Origin: Azolla caroliniana
Taxonomy: Eukaryota; Plantae; Polypodiophyta
Reading direction: 5' to 3'
Assembly (NCBI GenBank): GCA_043228905.1
Contig: JBHGNT010000007.1
Span: 9,300,001-9,364,000, forward strand
Length of the DNA stretch: 64,000 nucleotides
In this document: positions 37,195 to 48,873 of the stretch, piece after piece
How positions within the stretch are numbered: the first letter of the stretch is position 1
Layout: every line of letters starts with the position of its first letter
Program-made: the position numbers and the translations under genes
The notes under the pieces: model-generated
Told to the model about the DNA's origin: nothing
The model's input: the letters and a program-made list of their open reading frames with translations, nothing else
Database searches by the model: none

Positions 37195-40100
37195 TGTTAC
37201 TGGCCGGCAAAGTAGTCCAGAGTGTGAAACGAAGGAGTTATTTAATTATTAGGAATGGTTGTAAGTAAGCTATTAGTGTGGACGGACGGACCGGAATCGG
37301 TATGCCGTTCCGGATCCGGACCGATCTCTCTCTCTCTCTCTCTCCTCCCTTACGTTGATCCCCCTTGGGAGGGGGGTGGAGCCATTCTAGGCACCACCCC
37401 CCACCCTGTAATGCTTCTCAATCACTTGTCAACATCGTCATGATCTCTCTCACCATCATACCCTCCATCATTTTCACTACTACACCATTACCATTCATCC
37501 TCATCCTCTACCCTAACCCTAAAACCTATAATACTTTTTGGCGACCACTAAGGCGACCCCCCGTTGGAGACGTAGTCGAAGACTAATACGTGGCAGAGAT
37601 AGCAACGACGAAATGTGCGATAATGGTGACGATGATGTGCGAGAAATCGAATTTATGATGAGTAGGAAATCGAATCAGTAATGTGCAAGAAATGGCGACC
37701 ACAATGTGTTGGAAATGGCCACGATAACGAAAAAAAAGAAGAAATAATCATAGCGACAACCGGAATGACAGAGATAGACAACAACGATGGCCAGACTGAA
37801 GACGAGTGGGACGACAACCGGACAGCTGGAAAGACATGGCCGTTCGTGCCGAACAACAACGGAGATGACCGGGGATGACGGTCAGGATGAACGAAGACAG
37901 TCGGACAAGGTGGACAACGACAGATATGTGAAGCGACAAAGACCGTTGAAGAATGACTTGATGTCGAACGGATGGACGGAAGAATGAATGAAGGACTGGA
38001 AAGATATGGTCAGAGAGGGACAGCCAGACCTACCAATAGACAGCATCCCAGAACAACTGGCGGTCGGAGACCGGTCAAAATGCAGACAGAGACGGCTGGA
38101 AAAACATGACAGACAGAAAAGACACGGCCGGACGGGCCAACCGGTCGGAACGGTGACGGAGTCGGGACGACGATCGGACGGCGGTGGCCACATACCAACG
38201 GCCAAGAAGTGACCGAAGTGGTCGGCAACATCCAGAACGACCGGATAGCAGCAGGGGCTCGACAACCAACGGCAGGAACAATGATGATGCCGAAAGAAGA
38301 CGGGAGAGACACTGGCCGAAGATGGAGTCGGCTGGGCAGAGGCCGAATAGTGGAAAGCTCGAGAAAAGCATCGGTGATGGAGCGGGTGATGGAGCAGAAG
38401 ACGACCAAAATGGCCAGAGATGGGAGCAGCCGGACAACAGCTGAACAAACTACCGAAAAACCGGCCAGAAGACGACCAGAACGGGCCGGATCGATGGCCA
38501 GAACGACGATACCGACAGAGACTGACGAGAGGCCGGAAAAACGTCGGCCGGAGAGCGGTTGGAGTGGCCGAAGCGACGGACGACGACAGACAGAGACGGC
38601 GCTGGAGCCGGAGACGAAAAAGAAAACATACAGAACATCAGAAGGTGAGACAACTAGAAGGGCTGGACAAAGATCGGCAACAATGGTGTTGGTTACGACA
38701 AACAACAGAGAAAGATGGAAGACGCGACAGATATAGATAGACGGCCAATGATGACAACCAAAACAGCCAAAATAGAGGAAAAAAGAGAGAAGAAGGGAAG
38801 ATTTGCAGAAGAAATCGAACAAGAAGAGATCGCAGAGAAGAAAGAAGAGGAATGAGAAGCAACAATGGAAGAACAGAATAAAACAAGAAGAAGAGAGAAG
38901 AGAAAGAGAGAAGAAGAGGAGGAGGAGGAGGAGGAAGGAGAAGCACCAGTTCGAAGCAACTAAAGAAAAACAGAAGACAACAACAAGAAGGAAAAAAGAA
39001 ACATAGGGGGACGTGAAGAATTTCGGAAACATGAGGGTAGACTAACAAATTTCATAAATGTAAGGGTACATACTTAAATATTTTAAAAATCAAACGGTAT
39101 GTACGAAATTTCGAAAACTCATCAACCTAAACGAAATGGATGCGATCGACACACAACTCACAAAATCAACAAAAGGAAGATACACATACACACAACGTTT
39201 TTGGACCCATGATATCAATGTTCGTGAACCGACAGAACGAGCATGTTTGTGTCGATGAAGATTCGCTGACCGACGGAGATGTTCGAGTCAAGCGCTCCGA
39301 TCAAGGGAGTCGATCGTTGAGAGGACCGATGGAAATTCCGGTCGAAGAAAGATTATGATCAAGGCATGTGGGATCAACGTGCAAGGCACTCTCCCACGGG
39401 CGTGCCATATTGTGTTACCGTACGAGATGTACGGGTGATTGATGAGTGTGATAAGTGAGGGTGAAAGATGTAATGTATGTGTAATGTCATACAATTATGA
39501 GTGTGAATGTAAGTGTGAGTGTGGTGGATACAAAGAGGTGTGAGTGAGTGATTAGGTGTGAATGCCCAAGGGGACTTGCACCCTTGTGTATCTACTCTTT
39601 TGTAACTATTTAACCCCCCTTATGGGGATTCCGCATGAAGGAAGACAAGGACTCATGAAGAGGAAATAGAGGAGGAGCCTACGGAGCACCTCCAGCGACG
39701 GTCGTTGGCAAGGATCGTTGAGGCAGCCGGGAAACGTTCGAACCCTCAGACGGAGGGAGTGCCGGCTCCCCATACTGAGACTCCCACGCCAAGGGAGGAA
39801 CCGGAACCGGTGCGCATGGCACCGGAATCAGAAGCCCCTGCACCACCCGCAGCACCGGCAAGTCCCATTCCGCCAGAGTCGGAAAGGTCAATGCAGCCTC
39901 CCTCGGCCAACCAAGAAGAAGCGCAAGGGGAACCAGGACAACAAGGTGGTCCACAGGAAGAAACGGAATTGCAACTCGGCGCAATCAGACGGGACCACCC
40001 ACCCACAAGCGAGCCCATCCGTCAAACCTCCGTGCAAGCGCAACAACAATGCACCGGTAGCCTGTGGCTCCGGTGGATAAGCGAACAGATTGTCGGAGCA

Positions 40101-42150
40101 GTGGGGTATATTGAGGCGGAAGAAAGAGCGCAAAGCGAACGGTTGCTCGTCACAACCGAACAACTAGAGACGGCCCGGTCCAGAATCCGGTGCCTTGAAA
40201 AAGACTTGGATCAGGTCACGGCAGAAATGGCCAAAATGGCCTTAACGGCAACACAGATCCAAGCACCAGTGACTCTGGTAAGTGTACAGAATAAAGAAAC
40301 ATACCAACCTGTACATACTAATAAGACCCCGGCAACGGAAACTGTTCCAGAGAGAGATGCGGCGCAAGCCCAGGAGCTTACGGAATTGAGAGATGAACTT
40401 GCTGCACAAGAAGCGCTAAGGAGCCGTGAACGGGAATTGAAGACAGCGGCCGAAGTAGAATTAAAGAAGACTGCTGAGAACCTCCGCCGGGCAGAGGAGA
40501 GCCTCCGGAAAGGCCATCAAGCGTACGACCGGCTAAGGGAGGAAAAAGACAAAGTGCTGCAGGAAAAGGACAAGTTGCGGAAGATGGCGGAAACGGAAAT
40601 TGAACAGCTAAAGGAGGAGCTCCGCCAGCTGAAGGACCGTGAGGACCAGGCCCGTCGACAGATCAACGTACGGCTCAAGCAAAAGACAGATGATTTTGAG
40701 CACCTGCACCGAGACTACAAACGGCTGGAAACGGAGCATAAGGAACAGATGGCTGAGCTCCGGCAGGAAGTTGATCAGGCCGCGACGGCGCTCGCCGACG
40801 AACGAGCGGAAAATACAAGACGGTTGGACGAGGCGGAGAAGGTCTGGATGGAGCTCCAGAGTCAGCAGTAGGAAGAAAGGGAGAGAGCGACAACGGTATT
40901 GCAAAAATTACAAAGCACATATCAAAGGCAATTGACGCATTACAAGGAGCAGGCGGAAGACAACGTCATAATCATCAAGCAATTAAAGGAGGAACGGCAA
41001 GCGGCGGAGATCAAAGCGCAGATGGGAATGGGCCGGATTAAGTGCATCCTCCGGGCATGGCTGAATCAGACAAAACGCTTGATTGACGAAAGCTCCGTAA
41101 GATGGTGGACAAAGTGGGCACAAAATACGGCGGAACTCCAATTGCTACGGGCAGACGTGGAAAACCGGCGGAAGGCAGGAGATGATTGTTACACGTTGAC
41201 TTCCGAGGACTTCACCGCCATACGGGACGAGTTGGCTGATGACTTCCAAGTCCTGGCGGATGAACAACTGGTGGAGGTCCGGCAACTCGTAGCTCCGCTA
41301 GACGATGATAGGCTGGACGCTCAAATCCAGTTTGAGAGCTACGAGCAGTCCCGGGTTCGGGAAGAAAAAGCACGGGAAGCGGCAACGGTTAACCTTAGTG
41401 ATGAGGAACCGTCGCCGGCCGAGGGCTAGGCCAGAACCAGTCAACCGGAGACCACTACGACGGAGGGAGCAACGACAGAAACGCCGGTGTCGGAGCAACA
41501 AACGGAGGAGCAGCCGCAACAGCCACCAACAGACCAGTCGCAGCAGCCATCAACGGAGCAGCAACAGCAACAGCAACAACCACAACAACAACAACCAATT
41601 CCAGATGAACCATTGGAGACTCTCGAACAAAGCATTTTGGATATTTTGGACGAAGAATAGCAAGGGTCGGATGGTGGATTCGACATACAAGGTACTGTCC
41701 CACGAGCGTGCCATGTGTTACCGGCTGGCAAAGTAGTCCAGAGTGTGAAATGAAGGAGTTATTTAATTATTAGGAATGGTTGTAAGTAAGCTATTAGTGT
41801 GGACGGACGGACCGGAATCGGTATGCCGTTCCGGATCCGGACCGATCCCGAACAGGTGCGGATGGCACCGTTTTGTACTACAAACCAGAAACCTATTTAA
41901 AGGCCCGGATACAATGTAATGAGCAGCGGATAATTAATGAAGCTTAGTGTTTTTTATCTCTCTGTGTTAATTGCCGTTCTGCATTCATTGTTATATCTTA
42001 CGCGTGTGATTACTAAGTACAATCTTGCTAAGTAACCTAATTAAGTCGGATTAATCGTTGAGCCTAATCCTCTTGCCGTAACACCCCTTTGGTGAAGTGT
42101 CTTCCGTAGACACCCTGTGTTAGGCCATTGTCCAGCCCTAAGAGTTAACA
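37195..42150 (-). mobile_element. Composite non-autonomous LTR element: an Arg-primed family A shell containing a permuted family B unit
   Basis: TSD TCAAG at 37190-37194 and 42151-42155; TGTTA...TAACA termini. Complete LTR-A at 41716-42150, partial LTR-A at 37195-37326 (3 differences in 132 bp). PBS-like sequences at 41697-41713 and 39392-39407; PPT at 37397-37407. Confidence 0.85.
39651..41660 (+). pseudogene. Antisense extra ORF of LTR family A: 5'-truncated coiled-coil protein of about 670 codons with two in-frame TAG stops
   Basis: ORFs 39705-40871 and 40899-41429 are in the same frame, which continues to ...LEQSILDILDEE* at 41660. Pro/Glu-rich N-terminal part, long E/K/R/Q/L-rich helical centre and a poly-Q tail. 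Confidence 0.75.
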
Positions 42151-42812
42151 TCAAGAATATTACGATCACAAAAATTGGATAATGTGATCACAATAAGAAC
42201 ATGTGGGATGTTGAAGGAGGATACTGGAAATGGTGGGTTTTCAATACTTGATTATGCAGCCCCCTTTGGGCATGATTTCACAAAACATTTGGGTGTTAAA
42301 GATGTTCATGAACCCAATGCAATAAGGGTCCATGTTTTATTTAGACAAAAACAAGTGGAAATCCCATTTGTCGGTTATTCCTTTCCATTATGTGGTTATG
42401 AGAGAAATGACATATGGAATCAACCGAATGTTATGTTGGCCATGAGAGGACAAGTTTTGTATTTTGCCAAATACGTGCAAAATCCTCAATTGGGGGAAAC
42501 AATATTGAGGGGGTTAGAGAATGCAAGTTGTTCAGTGGTTCCGTATTTGGATGCAATGAACCGCAAGCATGTTGTATTGGATGTACCTTCAGATATATTG
42601 TTTGATTTTGGATATGTTTATATTCATGAAGATGATGTGCCAGAAAGCCAAGCCAAGGCTCGGGCCCATCATCATTGGCGATTCATTAAAGAAGGTTGTG
42701 ACATACTCAAAAGCCAAATGGTGATTATGGGAGATGGGGGGGGCGTAAGCTCCGTAGAACCATCCTCTAAGACTTGAAGGATCGGGTCTGGTTCGGTCTC
42801 TAACAATTGTTA

Positions 42813-45800
42813 ATGAGGCTTCTCACGTGGAATGTTCAGGGCTTGGGAGGTCCCTTGTACCGAAGATATAGAGGTAGGTTAAGGCAAGCATTACAAAAGT
42901 GTCTCATGAATGGGTCGTTGGATATTATGATGTTTCAAGAGCATCATTTGAATGAGCAAAGAATAAGGAACTATGGCACTATATTACCTTGTAGTTGGGA
43001 GATGTTTTGGTCCCCGACTATTGGCACTAGTGGTACACAAGGCGGGGTGTGTATGGAAATAGCACATCATTGGAAATCAAGTATTATATACAAAGAGATC
43101 ATTGTGCCAGGAAGAGCACAATATATTGTATTACAAGATTTGCATACAACTTGGGGTTACTTGAATATCTACGCGCCAAATCATGCATTGGCTAGGAAAC
43201 ACTTTTGGTGTGAAATTACAAATGCATTACTGAATGTGTCTCATTGGTGTGTTGCAGGGGATTTTAAAATGCTTGAGGACCCGGAGGATAGGAAAGGAGG
43301 GAGTGTTTCAACAATTCATGGGGAGGAATTAGCAGTCTGGGAACATATGTGTTTGAAATTGAGTATTTTGGATGCATGGCATATGCCTAATGTTTATAGA
43401 TCTCAGGATTCCTTGATTTTCTCACGTTCTGATAGGAGAATTGCTGGAACCAATCTTTCAAGATTGGATAGATTTTATGTGGGGGAGGCCTTTGTCTTAA
43501 ATGGGGGAAATATCACTATTATGCCAGGGACAACTTTCTCTGATCATGCTCCTGTTATATTGAGAACCTTTGGGCAATCGAAAAGGGATTCCATACGATT
43601 TAGGATACCCAAAAAAGTAATGTTACATGATAGATGGTATAATCAAGTGACAGATATTTGGCGGAACAAAGATAATATGGATGTTCCCATTACAATCAAA
43701 GTGGCTTGTGCTTTGACAGAGATATCACAATATTTTGCATTAAAATCAAGATCTGAATATTATGGAATATCAGGAGAAGGAAAGAAGGATGAGGGCAAGA
43801 TTGATATCTTTGCAAAGATTGCAACAGGGTTGGCCAGAGTGTGCATGGATAGCTTCACATCTTGAAGAAGCCTGAAAACAAGTTCAACATATGAAAGAAT
43901 GTCGTAGTCAATTTCGGTATCACAATTCTACTTCAAGATGGACACAAATTGGGGATAGATGTACAGCACAATTTTTTAATATTAAGAGAGTCTCTAATGT
44001 AACCTGTTGTTTGCAGAATGAAAATGTTGAACTTGAAATGGATCCAAATGTTGTACGGGAAATTGCCACGAAATTCTATGCTACCCTTTTGTTAGAAGAG
44101 CCTATCTCTGAGGATATCAGCCAAAATAGAATGAAGGTCTGGGTGGAAATTCAACCCAAGGTTACTCAAGCAATGCAAGATTCATTGATGTCACCTATTA
44201 TAGAATTGGAGTTGGAACAAGCGCTATGTACACTCTTTATCGGCCAATAGTTGTCCTGGAGTGGATAAACTTACACCTAAATTCTACAAGAAATATTGGG
44301 GGATACTGAAGAAAGACTTAAAAGATGCTTACCAACATATGTTTGAAAGTGGAGAGATGCCCATGTCGTTATCTGAGGGGCTTATTTATCTTATACCTAA
44401 AACAGAAGGGGTTTCAAAAGATATTCGTAAATGGAGGCCAATCACCCTCTTGAATACTAGTTATAAACTATTTGCTAAGTTGCTTAGTTCTCGGTTACAA
44501 GAGGTATTACCAAAGATAATTCATGTATTGCAAACTAGTTTTATGAGGGAAAGGAGTATTATGGATAATGTTTTTACATTTTGGGAGGCTACTGCAATAG
44601 CGGTAAAAAACAAACAAAACCTAGCCGTGTTGCTTTTAGATTTTGAGAAAACGTATGATAGGGTTGACTGGAATTTTTTGGAAGGTACTATGCATCACTT
44701 GGGCTTCAACACGGCATGGATTAAGGGTGTTTCTTGTCTTTATAGAAATGCACATAGTCAGGTGTTGTTGGCAGGTGGAGTAGGACCTCGGTTTAACATT
44801 ACTTGATCTGTCCGCCAAGGATGTCCACTTGCACCATTTTTGTTTCTTTTGTTTGTGGAAGCAATGCATGTATTTATATCATGACAATCTATAGGCTTGC
44901 GTGGTTTGGCAATGCCAATGCATGGACAAGATATATTGGACTTGGAATTTGCAGATGATATTGCATTATATGTGGATGGGACTCTAACAAATTTGCAACA
45001 AGTACAAGGGGCTTTGTCATAGATTTGTATAGTGTTTGGAGCTAAGTTAAATTGGGAGAAAACTGTTGCATTTTGGGTGAGCAAGGAACTGCCGCCTTGT
45101 TGGGCACCGCATCATACTTTCCAGTGGACTCAAAGAGGAGTTGCAGTTCGATATCTTGGAGTGCAAGTTGGGATTGATTTGGTTCCAGAATTACATGTTG
45201 CACCATTACTATTAACTTTGAGGAAAAAGTTATTCTTGTGGAGCCATGCTAAACTATCTTTGGCCGGTAGAGTGATAGTTGCCAACCATGTGCTACTATC
45301 TACGGTGTGGTATATAGCCTCATCTTGGATCTTTTCAAAATCGTGCATTGGACAAATTTGAAGGCTGGTTAGGAATTTTATATGGGTTGGGGAGGATAAG
45401 AGTGATGTAAGAGCGAAGGTGGCTTGGAGTACACTAATAACCCCGAAGCAATACGGTGGTCTGGGGATTATAGGTCCATTACACCAATGCATGGCCTTGT
45501 TAGCAAAGTTAATAGTTCGTGGCCTTTTAACAGGACATGCTCCTTGGAAGCAATTGCTTATGCAAAGATTGTATCGTTGTGCTCCGCCGATGGGTGGATT
45601 ATGGGTTGATAGCATAAGGTGGATCTTTATACCAGACAAGAAACATGTTATGACTAGGAACTGGGAAGACAAATTTTTTAACGGTCTTCTACGAGCATGG
45701 GACCATGTACATAAAGGGAACATGGTGTACCAACATGTGAGGAGGAATACTTGAGACAAAACTTAGTGTGGAATCCGAATGTGTGTTTGCCCTCAGGGCA

Positions 45801-47148
45801 CATGTTGGGGTCTCATACGCGATTGGATTGGGCCAAGCTTGATGTAGGGCCAGGAGTGTCCGTTGATGCATGGAAATCATTTCATACTATGAATATAAAT
45901 GACAGATCAAAATTCTTGTCTTCCTTGAGAGGGGGGCTGATTATGTGGGACTAGGTGCAGTCGGTTTTAGGGCACTCAGCCTCTACGGTATGGTCCATTC
46001 ATCCTCCCAAGTGGGAAGTAGCATTTATGAGGCTTCAAGTGCTAGTGGGGGTAAGGGGACATTTGTCTTGTGGACGATGTCAAGACTATGATGTGGAGGA
46101 AGATGGCAGTATATGTAGAGCAGCGATACAAACAGAGATCTTGCAATATGCTACATTTTCTAAAATAAGGGTCCTTGCTTATGATGGATCTAAGTGGATC
46201 ATCGACCCACAAGTTGAGGCAGTCAAGGATTGGAAACTGAGAATTTTTGAAAAGAAACCTTTGATAAGGTTGCAATGGGATCCAGGAGAATTTTGGTGGA
46301 AAGATCCGTTTGATCGTGCAGAAAAAAGGTGTGGTTTTTTTCAGTACTCAGTTAAGATTGGACGACACATTTCGGCAGCTCAACGTAGGACTACACCACG
46401 AGCTAGTCAATTTTGGACCCACCAAGGGATCACATCCGAATTCCTAACAAAGTTTTGGAGAACATTATGGAAAAGGAAGCAAGATATGAAAATAAATGTC
46501 TTCCAATGGCTAGTAATACATAGAGCATTACTAGTTGGCCAATGGTTGCAACAATTATTTGCACCAACTGCATGCATCTATTGTAGTTGTCAGATGGAGA
46601 CATTGAAACATTGCTTGTGGGAATGTCATGCTACACAGCAAGTTTGGAGACGAGTGTTTCGAGTTCTTGCCTGTGTGTTTAGGGATTGCAGTTTTTCGTG
46701 GGGTATGGTAGTATGGGCTACAGTGGCACAAGTGATGTGGCCATATGAGGCATGGCCAAATGACACGATTATTAGAATTCAAAGAGGAATGATAATGGTG
46801 GTGCAACGAAGTCAAATGGAGGCTCCTTACATGTTAAAGACAATGCAAGAAGTATGGGAGCTACTATGCACCACCACAATGTGGTTTATTTGGATTGCTA
46901 GGTGTTCTAAGGTGTTTGGTAATACTACTGTTCATCCAGTGGAAAGTGTACGAAATGTCTGGATGGAGATGGTACATACCTTGAAAGGGCGGTATGAGGA
47001 TATTAAAGGTGAGACAGATGTTGCAATGTTGCAACGTCTTGAATTTATTGCCTATTGGAAGAAGGCCCCTTTTCTCACAGTACAAAATTCAAGACCTAAA
47101 TGGTGCTTAGCACCACTAGTATGGTTGTTCCCACCACCAATCACATAA
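42813..47148 (+). pseudogene. LINE ORF2: AP endonuclease, reverse transcriptase and zf-RVT
   Basis: Endonuclease motifs LTWNVQGL, NIYAPN, AGDF, SRLDRFY and SDHAP. RT motifs WRPITLLN, LDFEKTYDRVDW, RQGCPLAP, EFADD and YLG. C-terminal CIYC...ETLKHCLWEC. Several stops and frameshifts. Confidence 0.93.
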
Positions 47149-47784
47149 CTTGGTTAAGGAGTGGTGGAGTGTTCATACTATTTATCCTTGATGGATGGGA
47201 CCTAAGGAAGAATGCACCAGATCAATGGTAGCTTGATGGTAGGTCAGTTTTTATTGTAATAATTGTTCATAACTAATGAAAGGATATTTTTCCAAATTTT
47301 TTATTATTATTAATGAGTAGTTGTTTTCTTCATGATAAGCTACAATGAACCTCCTTGCATACACTTTCACACATACTCCTCCCGAGAAGTGCCACACTAC
47401 TTCTCAACTTTTCCCTATTTATGTCAAAAGTTGTTATGACCAAACCAACATTATTATCACTTGTTGGATTTTTTGGCAATGCATAACAAAGCCACCACAT
47501 GTGGTGGAGTTCAAGAGTTGTAAGCACGAAGAGTTAAGCATGTGGTTTTTGCCACAATGAAAATACCAATGTAAGGGAGCAAGACAAGTCGAGGCATACA
47601 AATTTCAAGAGATGTGTGTTTGTGACCCTATTGAAAAGATTTGAACTACCGTACTTGTCGTGTACAATGTTTCTTGACTTGAAAAGGACATGTTTTTTGC
47701 AAAATTTGAGCTTGTACCTGACAAAGAAGAGAATATAGTGAGTGCAAGGGTGGGGGGGTGGGTTCGGTGTTTGAACTCGACAAG

Positions 47785-48190
47785 GACTCAAAACTTGGCA
47801 ATATGAGGTTTCACGCTGAAAAACCCGAGAGGGGCTCCTGATTCCGTCTTATAGTGTGAAACATTCCCACAAGAGAACTTCTTGTGATGTTAACACACAT
47901 GTTGCCACACACACACACACACACACACACATTCTCATATGTCCATAGCATGTGTCGAGGGACTCGAAAACCCAAGAGGGGATCCAAACTTTGTCTCATA
48001 GTGTGAAACTGTCCAACAACCAGACTTCTTGTGATGCTACCATACACAAACGCACATATATCTCATATATCAATAGCATGTGCCGAGGGACTCGAAATTC
48101 GGTAATCTGAGAGGGGCTCCAAACTCCGTCTCACAATGTGAAAGGTTCCAACAACCAAACTTCTTTCTTGTGATGCTACCACACACACAC
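47785..48190. repeat. Three degenerate tandem units of about 135-145 bp
   Basis: Recurring ggactcgaaa...gaggggctcc...gtgtgaaa...cttcttgtgatg.ta, with each unit followed by a CA-rich tract. Confidence 0.7.
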
Positions 48191-48465
48191 ATTCATTCAC
48201 ATTCTCATTCACATTCACATTCTCATTCTCATTCATATGCACATGCATACATACATACATACATACATACATACATACATACATACATACATACATACAT
48301 ACATACATACCATATACATAGTACATACATACATACATACATACATACATACATACATACATACATACATACCATATACATAGTACATACATACCATATA
48401 CATAGTACATACATACCATATACATAGTACATACATACATATACATACCATATACATACATACCA
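48190..48465. repeat. (CATTCA/CATTCT)n followed by (CATA)n microsatellite with interspersed CCATATACATAGTA units
   Basis: Directly visible in the sequence. Confidence 0.95.
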
Positions 48466-48873
48466 TGTCATGTGCATCCTGCATACAAAACAAATTTGGT
48501 ACTCGTTTCTGTTCTCCTCCTGTTGCCATGGAAACTTACAGGTGCAGGGCAAGGCCTCTCGTCTCTTCTCTGTGAGTTTCTAGGGTTTCCTGACCTTTCT
48601 TCTTCTTCTTGCCCTCTCTTCTTTTTGTGTTTTAATAATTTTTTCATATGTTTTGGTTCAAAAGATTGAAAGAAGGAAGGAAGAAGACCCTTTTCTCTGC
48701 TCTGTGGTTTGAGCAGAATATTAGGTTAGGGCTTCCAACTTAATTCTGGGTTTTCCACCATCAGGGTTTCCCTGTTCGTTTCTTTTTTCTTCTCTTTACC
48801 GAGTTTTCTTTTTGTCCCGGTTAGGGTTATCCAAATTAGGGTTCCGATTCCGTGATAGATCTGTTTTTGAGCA

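Larger units (their letters stand above)
36121..42777 (+). pseudogene. LINE ORF1 (36121-37194 + 42156-42777): DUF4283-like region, CCHC knuckle and extra C-terminal domain
   Basis: Motifs MGRGFYHVEL, FVMPWKQGFNP, IASRIGTV and ARILV. The knuckle reads CFYC*QMGHLAKNC at about 36814-36855. The ORF is split by the TCAAG-flanked insertion. Confidence 0.8.
36101..47305 (+). mobile_element. Full-length L1-like LINE, disrupted and interrupted by an LTR element at 37195-42150
   Basis: 14-bp TSD ATTATTAATGAGTA at 36087-36100 and 47306-47319, with ORF1 and ORF2 between and a T/TTA-rich tail. Confidence 0.88.

Noticed and set aside
37538-37550. TGGCGACCAC as a plus-strand tRNA-Arg PBS
   Set aside because: Only a 10-nt match and not preceded by a CA LTR end. 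The PPT and PBS on the minus strand explain the region better.
37882-39048. Several overlapping ORFs of 100-340 aa on both strands
   Set aside because: They are low-complexity products of purine/pyrimidine skew, with no domain signal.
48063-48552. ORFs with YVCM/HTYI repeats (likewise 35479-35798)
   Set aside because: Microsatellite translations.
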